Source: Lama guanicoe
Taxonomy: Eukaryota
DNA: 64,000 bases
Assembly: GCA_013239625.1 (NCBI GenBank)
Contig: MU053482.1
Span: forward strand, 3,495,922 to 3,559,921
Direction: 5' to 3'
The translations under genes and the position numbers were made by a program. The notes below the pieces were generated by a model that had not been told where the DNA came from, did no database searches, and saw only the letters and a list, made by a program, of their open reading frames with translations. Positions 24,561 through 36,002 of this stretch are shown piece by piece (positions within the stretch are counted from its first letter, which is position 1; each line of letters begins with the position of its first letter).

Positions 24561-26142
24561 AAAAGTGAAGTGAAGACAAGAGTATATGGGGAGACCAAAT
24601 ACACACACATGATGTCACTTCAGGACAAGGATCTACTAAAACCAGCTTTCTCTGTGCTCATCAAACGTTTGTTTAAAAAAGGAGGTAGGGGACCGGGGAT
24701 GGATGTAGGTTTGCTATCGAATCTGTTGAATGTGGTTGAGAGGAAACTGACATTTGCTGAACCTGTGGCTCTGAGTCAACCATGGCACTCCATTCAACAG
24801 TTTTATAAAACCCTCATTCATAGAGGAGGAAGCTGAAATTCAGAGAAATTGAATAACTTGCCCAAAGTCACACAGCTAGTAAATGGCAGAGCCATGCAAT
24901 ATATTGCAATATGAATTTGCATCTATTTTAAATCTCTACAAATATTGGGGCAGTGGGTAGCACCAAGTGGAATGTTAGCTATGAAGAAAAATGAATTCTA
25001 TTCATTTTTGAAAGTTAAGTAAAAATTAGCATTCAATGCCATGGTAAACATGAAAAAACATTTTGACCACCTAGGCATTCAGTCAATATTTCACACTATT
25101 CATTTTACTTTGAAAAGACCTCTGTTCAAATAGACATCATCCTTGACCTCTGACCTGAACTTTTAGTTACATTTGCCATCCTCGAGCATGTGCTAAAAAC
25201 TCGAGCATGCTTCCAAAAAATTGAACAGTTATTTTTTCTTAGTATTGGGGGAAAAACATTCTGAACACAATATATTGTGCTGGGATAGAAAACAAACTTA
25301 GGGTTACCAAGGGACAGAGCAAGGTATCAACTGTGACCACAGCAAAGCACACCCTAAGCATCAGTTACTTCCCTTGAAAAGTAGAAATGATACACTTGTA
25401 CCGCTTTACTGAGGATTAATGAGCGAGAACACACACAGGGCCTAGCATCCAAGTACAACATGCACAGTACAATGCATGGTACAACATGTAAGATCCGTAA
25501 GAACGAGTTTCCTTTGCCTCTCTGTTCTTTAAGTGTAGCCAAGAAAGCCACAATGTGAGGGAGCAATAGCAATCTGGTCCTGTGGTCCCTAACTGATTGG
25601 GGCACAACGCGTCTCACCTGGAAGTGTTAGGACCTGGCTCTCCTTCCCTTCCAAACTATAATTTCTCTGGAATGTGCCAAGTGCTCTGATAGATACAGCA
25701 CAGTGTGGCAGATACAGCACAGTGTGGCTGGAGCCCAAGAGGAACTCTGGGAGCAAGGAGTATGCCAAAGAAGATGGCACTTGAGACTTGAATAAAGGAT
25801 ACAAGGTACCAGGTGATGAAGAAGAGGGCATTGTGGCAGTGGGAACAGCATGAAACAGGTGGGACACACAGAACGTTAAAAGCACTTTGGTCTGATCCCC
25901 AAAGCTCACAAAGATAGCAATAAGACAATTAGGATAAGGTCTAAGGTTACTCTGATCCCCAGAGCTCACCAGACAGCAATAAAAAGGAAAGTCACAAAAA
26001 CAAAGAGACACTGGGTAAGTTCAGGACGAGTGTCAGGCTGAGGGTTAGGGTAACTCTGATCCTCATAGATGGCAAACAGGAGCAGGTGAGCCTAATTATT
26101 TCAAAATGATAACATAACCACACAGGGTAACAAATCTCAAGT

Positions 26143-26726
26143 TGTCACCAGAGAGTAGGTTCTTGTCGCAGAAAGAATTGAGAGAGAGGTCAAAAAGTAA
26201 AGTGAGGATTTATTAAGAGATGGGACTCTCTCAAGGGATGAGTGTGCAGGCAAGGGTGAGCAGCTGTGCTGTTTCTTTGGGAAGCTGGTTACATAGGGTG
26301 TAAAAATAAGTGGGCAAAATATTCATTGGGGAGGGAGGGGCTTGGGGTTGTATTTCCTGACTTTCATCCCAACTCCCCCTTCCCAAGGGGAGGAGGGATT
26401 TTTGCCCTTATTTAGTCTGGATCAGAAGTGTCATGGCGTTGGTGCATGATGGCTACTTCTAATCTGCAAGGGTAATTTTATTCAAATGAGGGCATAATGA
26501 GCAAAAGGTTGCATTTGGATGCTGAAGATTCCTGCCTTTCCCATTTTCGTTGTCTGCCTCCAGGACCCTTGTCACCCCAAAATGTGTGGTTTCCTGTCAG
26601 TCTAGAGGTTCCTGTTTTCCTCTGTCTGCCCAAAGTCCCCTGCTGCTCACAAGATGTATGGTTTCCTGCCATTTGGCCTGTGCCCCCCTTTCTCTGCTCA
26701 TATCTAGCTCTCTGCCTGCTCTAACA
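26143..26726 (-). mobile_element. Solo ERV1-type LTR in LYVE1 intron 3
   Basis: TGT...ACA termini, perfect 4-bp TSD aagt (26139-26142 and 26727-26730), minus-strand AATAAA at 26209-26214, and an internal ~70-bp duplicated unit in U3. Confidence 0.8.
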
Positions 26727-27404
26727 AAGTCACTTTTGAACAGAATTCTCTGACAGTACATCCTTAGAGGGGTATCTGCTAAGGACTAAAAGAAATGCAA
26801 AGGAATCTCAGATTCCACTCAGTAGGTTTGTTATTCCCAATAATGTTGTTTTTTATAATTTTGAAACTATTGTAGGATAAGAAAATATATTCTTTACTGG
26901 GAACAAGGATTTTCCATGTAAGAGGGAAAAAAGATGCAAGTAAAAACACAGTAAACAAAGAAAAACTTGAATTGTTAAATTTGAATTGGAAATATCAATA
27001 CAAATGCATAATTTAAAAAATATATATATTCCCTAGCTGCCCACTGAAAAGGATTGAGAAGCAATAAAAATGTGAATAGTAATGAGAATAACTTGCATGT
27101 AGTCTTGGTCTCTAAATGACATTCTCCATTCAAAGGACACACAGCCCCTTGGAGAAATAAATGGCTGATTCCATGTCTGGGACAGAGAAAGTACAAAGTG
27201 AGCCTGGGACATGCTATTATGCGAGAAGGCAATGACTTGCTCAAAGACTAATGCGGGAAAGGACACAAAAGTCAACTAGAAGGGGCTCCACTCTTCAAAT
27301 TTGGGACAATTTGAGTATCAAAAAGAAGAAAAGAATAATAGTTGTAAAACTGACAATAACTATTGAACACACAAAGCAGAATCTCATATGACCATGGCAG
27401 TGTG

Positions 27405-27502
27405 ATGGGGAGGGAGGTGTGTGTGTGTGTGAGGGAGGAAAGGAGGGAGGGAGGAAGGGAGGAAGAGAGAGAGAGAGAGGGAGAGGGAGAGAGAGAGAGA
27501 GA
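27405..27502. repeat. Compound (GT)n/(GGA)/(GA)n microsatellite
   Basis: Directly visible. Confidence 0.9.
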
Positions 27503-27558
27503 TTCTTCTTTATCAAAGAATGCCAGCTAATAAATGCAGAAGAAAAAATAGATTGAGA

Positions 27559-28227
27559 CTAGGAATAGACTTACCATATGACTCAGGAATCCCGCTCCTG
27601 GAAATATATCCAGAAGGAAAGCTACTTCAAAAAGACACCTGCACCCCAATGTTCATAGCAGCACTATTTTACAATAGCTAAGACACAGAAACAGCCTAAA
27701 TGTCCATTGACAGATGACTGGATAAAGAAGATGTGGTATATTTATACAATGGAATACTATTCAGCCATAAAAGACAACATAATGCCATTTGCAGCAACAT
27801 GGATGTGCCTGGAGAATGTCATTCTCAGTGAAGTAAGCCAGAAAGAGAAAGAAAAATACCATATGAGATTGCTCATATGTGGAATCTAAAAAAAAAAAGG
27901 AAAAAAACATAAATATAAAACAGAAACAGACTCATAGAATATAAAGAAAAAAAACTTGTGGTTGCCGGGGTGGGGGGGGAGGTGGGAAGGGACAGACTGG
28001 GAGTTTGAAATTTGTAGATACTGACAGACATATGTAGAACAGATAAACAAGATTATACTGTATAGCACAGAGAAATATATACAAGATCTTGTGGTAGCTC
28101 ACAGAGAAAAAGTATGTGACAATGAATATATGTATGTTTGTGTATGACTGAAAGATTGTGCTCTACACTGGAAATTGACACAGCATTGTAAACTGACTAT
28201 AACTCAATAAAAAAAAGTTAAAAAAAA
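27559..28227 (+). mobile_element. Relatively young 5'-truncated L1 (ORF2 C-terminus, 3' UTR, A tail) nested in an older L1M
   Basis: ORF 27707..27889 = WIKKMWYIYTMEYYSAIK...WMCLENVILSEVSQKEK (L1 ORF2 end); G-rich tract, AATAAA and A tail; imperfect TSD. Confidence 0.88.
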
Positions 28228-29825
28228 GAATAGGTTTAGAAAATTATCATTTTGCAGCCCTGTATATAGTAACTGAGTCCAGCAAGGATCATTAATGTCT
28301 GCTTGAACTATCAGGTAAGAGATGGTTGGGGGTCAGAATATTTGCATGGTGCCAAAATATCACACTATCAGTTACCTACCCACTGCAAAGGGGAAGACAT
28401 ATCGTTCTGAGTTCATTAGAGAAGTCTGGCAGCCACCATCTTGTTCAAATAGCATATTAATAGTAGGATGAATTGACATGAAGTACCTTTTGTTATGATC
28501 TAAAGGACACGATATCATTATGAAGTATTTTTGCCCAAAACAGTGAACATGAGTCTAACCAAGCCTTTACACCTGACTTTAAGTATACAGGGAATGTAGG
28601 GAATGGAAATACAAGTTAAATAAAACCAAGAGGAATCCAGGTCCTCTTCCCTGACTCCTTTTTGTTTAGCCCAGAGGGCTGGGTGTCCTATCTTCTCACT
28701 GACAGCTGGCAGGAAGGCCAGACCACTTGACAGGTGAAAACTGGCCATGAGATAAGCAGAGGCGTGAACTACCGACTCCCTAGCCAAAAGTGATGTGTGG
28801 AAGAGGCAGAGGAGAGAAGGAGGCTGGTGAAAAAAATGTGGGAAGAAGCTTTATGTTCCAGTCTTGGCTCTGCCATCAACTGACTGTGGGACTTTGAACC
28901 AGACAAACCTCCATTCTGAGCTATGGTTGTTTCATCCGTGAAGTGAGGGGATGGACAAAGCCTCTTTCAGGGCCCTTCCTAGGCCAAGGGCCCCTGGTTC
29001 AGAGAACTGCCTGGATCTTACGCTGCCTTTGGGCAACAAAATGTTGCCCATGACCTTTCATCTCTTGGATCTTAGAGAATGACCACTGAGCCATCTGACC
29101 TTTAGAAGGTACGATTTATGAGTATCTGTGAAGAGTGATAAATCAGACAGAGGTTCTTATGATAAAGTGAGAGCAAGTGTTTAGTCAAAGGACAACTTTT
29201 GGAGAAGTTACTTAGGTCAAGCACTTGCGCGAAGGCGACTGAGGTCTCCAAACAAGGTTGAAGGGGTGACCCCATGGCCATGAGCAAATCAGTTCTATTT
29301 TCTAGCTTCAACATCAAATGCAGTATCTGAATTTCCACTCCTGTAAAGGAATGTGGGATACTGGAAAGAGCGTGGCCACAGAGTGAGATCTGTGTGTGAA
29401 TCTTAAGAGTGAGGAGACCTTAGACCAAGCTACTTAAACGTCCTCTGAACTAAGCTTTTTTGTCTATAAAATGGGGAAGATAGAGCATACCTCCTAGGGA
29501 GCTTGTTAAGTTTCAGTGAGATCGCTTAGTACCTTGCTTTGTCCATAGTGGATGTTTCCATCCCTTCTTCTTGTTTATCTTACAGGCTGGAAAGGGGCGG
29601 GTGATGGAGCCTCCTGAGGTGCCCTCTCCCTGTGTTGCCCTAACATTTCCCTCTGAGGGGCACACTGCTTCTAGCCTGGTCGAAGAGGCAGTCTTGGGAG
29701 GATTCCATGGCCATCACCATGATTCCTTCTGTGGCTGCTCAGTCTCTTTACTCTTCTGACAGGTCACAGAGCTATAGAAACTCAGAGAAAACATGCCATG
29801 TGGAGAGACTGCAGATCTGACTCAC

Positions 29826-29965
29826 CAGATGAGTTGTAACAATAGGCCCTGAACTTTTGATTAGGTGAATTTCTCCAAATTAGGACGCCCTTCCCGTTCT
29901 TCCCGCACTTGGGGTTGGCGAAAATCCGAGAGATGACCAAGAACTGATCTTTAACCCAGCCATAA
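29826..29965 (-). CDS. LYVE1: LYVE1 coding exon 3 (second half of Link module)
   Basis: 140 nt with ag/gt boundaries; (S)[46 protein letters not shown]. Confidence 0.97.
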
Positions 29966-30074
29966 CTGTAACAGAAGACACGTTCATTGAGTGGATACAC
30001 TGATCTCTGTTTCTGAACAAGAACACAGAACCAAAAGAGCTCCTGCAGAGTTCGTGAACCCAGCTGTTTCTCAC

Positions 30075-30246
30075 CTGCAAGTCTCAAAGCCAACTTCCCA
30101 TGCAGCTTCAATCTGGTCTTTGCTGGCCAACGTGAGTCCCACCAGCCTACAGGCCTCCTGGGCTTCTGTGAAATTCAGCTGCGGGTTTGTCTTTTTGCTC
30201 ACAAGGACGACCCCCCTGAGTCTGCATTGTCCTGAGATGGAAAGCT
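30075..30246 (-). CDS. LYVE1: LYVE1 coding exon 2 (first half of Link module)
   Basis: 172 nt with ag/gt boundaries; [57 protein letters not shown]. Confidence 0.97.
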
Positions 30247-30819
30247 CTGCAAAGGAATCACATAGGTCCTCAGTGTGCTGCTGTCCTTGCCCGCAGGCTC
30301 TCCTTCCTAGCACAACAGTGTTGTTTTGATTCAGCAGCTGGGATTAAAGTTTAGAAATAACAGGACACAGGCCAGGCATTTTCTGCAAGGACATCCTGCT
30401 GGGTTAGGTGGGTGCTTGCCCTGATCCACGCTGTACCTCTCTCTAGATCCGAGTCCATCCTCCCTCACTGCATCAAGGTACCTTGTTCATTATACGGATG
30501 CTCCATGGATGTTCCTGGGGTGTGGTCTAGGGGACACAGCTGCTACAAACCCTTTTGGAGTCTATAACATGAAGGGTCTGCGGCTTTGAGAAAGATAGAA
30601 TTCAGGGCTCGGGTTAACAGAATAGTTAGCAATACTTTAAACTAATGTTGGTTAGGGAGACCACAATTTCTGAGATGGGTTAAAAAATGTGGTACTTGGT
30701 AGAACAGAATGTGAACTTTCTCAGTTCTAGGTCTTCTCTGACCATTGGGGGGCAGGCTTACTCAGAAGTTCCTGGAGGAGTCAGATCATGAACCTTGCAT
30801 GGCAGAGAAACTAAATAAA

Positions 30820-31040
30820 GGAAGTAGAGTTTTCGAGTCAGAACTAGATTTGAATCTAACCTATGTCACTTGCTAGCTCTGTGGCCTTAGGCTAGTTACT
30901 TCATCTCCTTGAGCCTCAGTTTCTACATTTATAAAATTGGAAGAATAACTGTTGTATAGGGTGGTACAAGTGAAATGAGTTGATTCAGATAAATGCTTGG
31001 CATAGTGCCTGCCATATAGTAGGTATTAATACATCATAAC
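30820..31040 (+). mobile_element. MIR SINE
   Basis: 'gagtcagaactagatttgaatc...tgagcctcagtttctacatttataaaattgga...gcatagtgcctgccatatagtagg'. Confidence 0.7.
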
Positions 31041-33631
31041 ATAGTATCATTATGCTACCTTCAAAGCATTTTGGTTTTAACCTGCTAATGATTGATCTCC
31101 CTAGGGGAGCTGACGCAGTTGATCAGTTAAGATGTGAATAATCTCTTACTCAAAATCTAATGAATCTGAGAGTTCTCTTGATCCCTTCCCTCTGGGTTCT
31201 GGATGTATAGACCTGGATGACATTGCAAAGTTGCATTGCATTCAGGTATTTTATTCTTACTGGGCTTCCTCCACAAAAGTCCATAAAAGGGCATTTCAGT
31301 CTCCCAGGTAATTGCTTGAACACAAATCTGTGCATTGGACGGCCAGTCAAATGCTTTGACCACTGTCCAAGTTGGTATTTAAAGGAAGTTTCTTCTTGCA
31401 AACATGGAAAGATCATTTCTAAGTCCTCCATATGACCTTGTCGTGCTCTGGAGCAGGGGGCTGGGGGAAGGGAAGTGAATATGATATATGGTATTTGTGG
31501 CTAGCCTTGTTTGCTTCCAGACCCTGCTCTCAGCAAAAAAGAGACCAGAGAGCCGACACTCAATGTGAGTGTTTGTAACAGAACAGTGTCTTGTGACTGT
31601 GCACTATTCAACACCGATGTTAATACTGATACCAAAGTTACTTCCAACTTCTATCATCTGTGGGTGCTACTCTGTGCCAAACCCTGTGTCATTTAACAGA
31701 AAATTGAGGCTCAGGGAGATTAAGTAACTTTCCCAAGCTCCAGGATATGGAGCAACTAGGTGGCAGTTTGGGGGCACAAACCCAGCTATGATTGATAATT
31801 AAAACCCCGATTCTTAACTAGGACACTGTCCTGCTTCCCACTGTGTTCATGGGGAGAAGATAAACACACACACACACACACACCCCTTGAAATGAACCCT
31901 TGGAACACACCATTTGTCCTGGAATTTGGCTCATTTAACTCATAAGCTTTCTATTGTTTGAAACTCTTATGGCTGCTTCTTTGGGAATACTTTTAGAGAA
32001 GGAATATTAATTACACAATAAAATGGGTCTTGATACTCTCTCATCATACATCATCTTTACTCTAAGTATTGTTATCACAAGGAATGATAGATCCATTCTG
32101 GGCAAGAGACTTGGCTTTGAATATTTCTTCTATTGTTAATTGGCCTTGGGACTTTGGGCAAGTTAGCACTCTTATTTGTAAAAGGAGGGTAGTTGTATCT
32201 TCTTTATAGAATTTTTGTCGGAAGTTTTAAATTAGGTAATTTGTATCTGGTGGAAGATGGGTCCATAGTAGGCAGTCAACAAATATTAGTAGATTTTATG
32301 CTTTCCTATTGAAGGACAAAGATGGGGAACTGGAATCAAAGGGTTGCTCCAGTAACCCCTTCCTTAAGAGTTCTTAGGAAACAGCCAGCCTAGTAGAAAC
32401 AGTATATACCGAGGAATCAGAGCTGAATTCAAACCTAAACTTCATTATGTACTGCCTTTATGAGAGTAGGCAAGTTACTTGGCCTCATTGAGCCTGTTCC
32501 TTCAACTATAAAACATCTTCTTCAGAAACAGATAGATAGATAGACCCTCAAAAATACCAGTGCCCATCCTCATCCACTCTATTTCATTAACCTCATTTTC
32601 CCCCAGTCATGACTCTTGTATCACCTTCAGTTGTTTCTAAAATTTTAATTTCCTTAGGAAAATTTTGCCATCATTGAGGATGACCCAAAGAGTGTAATGA
32701 GACAATGTCAAAGAACAAGTTCCAGAATAATCTGAGAAATGGCAGTATTTTGGGGAAAAGTGAATAGTCTTCCCAGGGGGATGTCCAAGAGGACCAAACT
32801 TGTTTAAAAGTAATAGTTCTGGTATTTGAAAAACCAACCATGTAACCTAATCTCCCTTATAAAATTGAATATGACAATATAGGAATCAACTCTGGATGTC
32901 TGTTCCTGACATATTTCTCAGGGCATCTTTCAGCTTAGCAATACAATTTTCCTTTTAAAGTGCTCAGATTTTCATTTGCCCAGAGCTGTAATAAGTGATT
33001 TGAGTCACAATTTTTTTTTGCCTACAGTGCAGAATGGTTACCAGTTAGGCATCTCAAAAGCCTAAAAGGAATCATTTCAAGTCATTTCTTTGGCAGGGAG
33101 CTTGATGGTTAATTTTTAAACTTATATTTTCACAGATTTGTTTCAGTTAATTTGTTATTTACTGCATATTTTAAACAAATGCATTCCATGATAGTATAGT
33201 AAAACTGATATTAAAATAATTATACTGACACTTCCAAAAACATAAAACAGGCCAATATTCTGTGAAAGTTAGCCATCTTCCCCAGATTTAGTGATTGCTT
33301 AAAATTTTTTCACAGTCATGATTTGCTTCTTCAATGAAACACTTCTTAAAACAAATCTTTCCTCAATGTTTTGTTTCAAAATATTCTCATTAAAAATAGC
33401 CCATAACAAAAAATAAAAGTCAAGAGCACATAAAAGGCAAATGAGAATCATTTGGGTGAAGCTGACAAATATGGTCAGAAAATTTCTGGCAGAGCAATCC
33501 TACCAATGAGATCTTCTGTTGACTTGGAGGGTCGCCCCCCACCCCAGAAATTCAGTCAAGAACTTGGTAGGCTTAGGATAGTTTGCAAGATCTTGCCTTG
33601 CCTCATGCTGGCAATCTGGTAAGAAACCTAC

Positions 33632-33716
33632 CTTCTGCGCGGAGAGAGCCTTGGACCAAGAGCCTTGTGGTCCAGATGGAGGCAAGAAGCAACACCAGGC
33701 TGAAGTACTTGGCCAT
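33632..33716 (-). CDS. LYVE1: LYVE1 coding exon 1 (signal peptide)
   Basis: Kozak-like gcacg[32 protein letters not shown]; donor G|gtaggt. The joined six-exon CDS is 975 nt, giving a 324-aa lymphatic vessel endothelial hyaluronan receptor 1. Confidence 0.97.
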
Positions 33717-33849
33717 CGTGCCAGCCCCTTCAGAGCCAGAGAAGCACCTCCAATGGGCACTGGCAGGAACAGAAGCAGATAATCACCAGTCTGGATGGAG
33801 ACTTCTGGAAATAATGTGGGCCCCCCCTACTGCTCCAGTTCATGACTGA

Positions 33850-34135
33850 GACATCCGGATTTCCCTGCTACCAAGCTTCTGACTTGTCAAGGTCACTAGG
33901 GGAAATGAGTGACGTCCCTTGAATGCTCAGGCTGTACTTTGTGGACAGCTTTCTGGAAAATTTAGCTAATGCTGACTCAGAAAACACATAGAGGAGGAAG
34001 GCAGATAGTACAATGTGAACTGCTGAAGGTTTCCCCAATTCTCATTTTCCCTGCCACCGCCCACCTCCCCCACCAGCTCAGTTCTTACAAGGTTCATAGT
34101 TACCGACGGTGGAGCTCGCTCATTTATATATTCCT
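33850..34135 (-). promoter_or_regulatory. LYVE1: LYVE1 proximal promoter / 5' UTR region
   Basis: Lies immediately upstream of the ATG. Contains ETS-like CCGGATGT near 33851-33858, CRE-like TGACGTC 33910-33916, MARE-like 33970-33982 and TATATAAA on the minus strand at 34123-34130. The TSS cannot be determined from sequence alone. Confidence 0.6.
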
Positions 34136-36002
34136 AGGGGTGTCTCTGTCTCTAAAAGAGGTTGAGCATGGATTGTGCTTCTTTCCCTCCCACAATCAGT
34201 GGTTTTTTTTTTTTTTAACTGCATATCCTTATGATCTGTGGGAGAATGATGCTGAGGTTCAAGAAAGCAAATGATTATCTAAATACAAAGGACAGAGTCC
34301 TCATGCTTCCCTCCAGGACTTCTTCATACCTCTGAAATTTCTACACCACTATAGGTGATCCCTTCTTCAAAGAAACCAGCCACATAAAAATTCACATTTA
34401 TAAAACACAACTTGGGGGGCAATTTATAAAATTAGTCATTTTATACCTTGTAATAGTCATCACTACAGGGGTCCTTTATATAGTAACTCTCCCTTTAATG
34501 ACTTCTCTTATATCCTGGTAGCCCCCAAAACTCCATTTAGACTTCCCCTTTCTTGTTTGATGAATGTGAGATTTATCTTCACTATGTACAAGTATTCTCT
34601 GCTTTCCCAGCTGGAGTTTCAGTGGTTTGGCCTCCATGGTAATTCTGGGATTCTGGTTTGAGAGGAATGCCTTGAGCAAAGATTTCTTAGTTTTCTCCAA
34701 AAAGAATATCATTTATAGGAATAGTGTATGGATAACTAGTTCTTTTCTGAACAAATGGTATTGGTCATCAAATTAGACACTGATGTGGAAAATACCAATA
34801 ATAAGAACTTCTAAGAGAACAGGAGAATATCCCTTAGATACCTCTAGTTCAGACTTCATTACTAGGGTGAGCACAAGACTTGGACTCTGGGGACCTCAGA
34901 AACATACATGGCTCTATCACCGTGGAAACAGGCAGACCGGCAAGCAGGAATCCTGTCCCCTTCACCGGAATCCTGTCCCCTTCACCATCATCCTTAAAGC
35001 CTAACATTACACCTGACGGAGGTTTAGCCTTCCAGCATTTGCTGAAGTCTTAGGAAAAGAAAGAAGGAAGACAGGAAGGGGGAAAAAATGAGAAGCGACA
35101 GGCAAGGCTTTGGATGGGAGAAATAGCTTATGAGAAGTGAGATGACTGACCTACATTCTGGAAACAAAATCTTAGAAGGGAAATTATTAGAGAAAGAGAG
35201 TCTGCCTGACTGGGCTGGTGATTAATAATGAGTTTTTGGAAGAGGAAACAATCTTATTTTTTTGGATATCCATATTGAGAGAAGTTAAGCCCCCACTGGA
35301 ATGTTACTGAAAATGCTTGCTAGGAACTTGCTGCCTCTCTTGATAAGTGTGAATATGCCTAGTCTTAGCTTCTTGGCCTCTCCTCCAAGATAAGTTTCTG
35401 AAGAGTTCTTTGCCAAGAGCTCTAAGCTGAAGTGGAGAGCTATGAACAAAATATTGCCAGATAATCTGTGTTCAGGATATGGCAAAAGAACCAGCACCAC
35501 TGTCCACTTGTAAAATAACAGTTCATGCAATAATCAGGGAGAACCAATAATTTTAGAAGTTGGAGAATTAGAAGGGAAATTTGAAATGTTAAATGAAAAT
35601 GAAGAGAACAGCAAGTTTCAAAGGAGAGCAGGAAACATGGAATATCCAGGCCAGTTTTCCTGTTCCCTGGATATGAAACACAAGAGTGAAAGTGATATTT
35701 AGTCTCACATACACAAGTAAAAATTTAAATAGAGTAGAACATTGAAATGTGGCATGAAAGAAGGAAATGTGGTACAACCCGCAGTCCTGGACTGAGGGTA
35801 ATATCTAAATTTTAGTGTAAGTTTGAACACTAATTATCTGTGTGATCTTGAGCAAGTCACTTAACCTTCTCTGGGCCTCCATTTTATCACCCGTCAAATA
35901 AGGGAGCTGAATTGTGTGAACTTAGAAGTACCATAGCAGGATAATTCCGGGGTAATCATATTATAGGGATTAGTTATTTTCTAAAATATGCAGAATGGCA
36001 AA

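Noticed and set aside
25691..26080. Short spaced repeats resembling a CRISPR array
   Set aside because: Mammalian intron, only 2-3 diverged copies, irregular spacing and no cas genes.
29966..30074. Apparent stop and frameshift in the middle of the LYVE1 Link domain (ORFs 30071..30313 and 29782..30111 are in different frames)
   Set aside because: It is a normal 109-nt GT-AG phase-2 intron at the FETC(S)|YG position, where CD44 also has an intron. Splicing restores the frame, so the gene is not a pseudogene.
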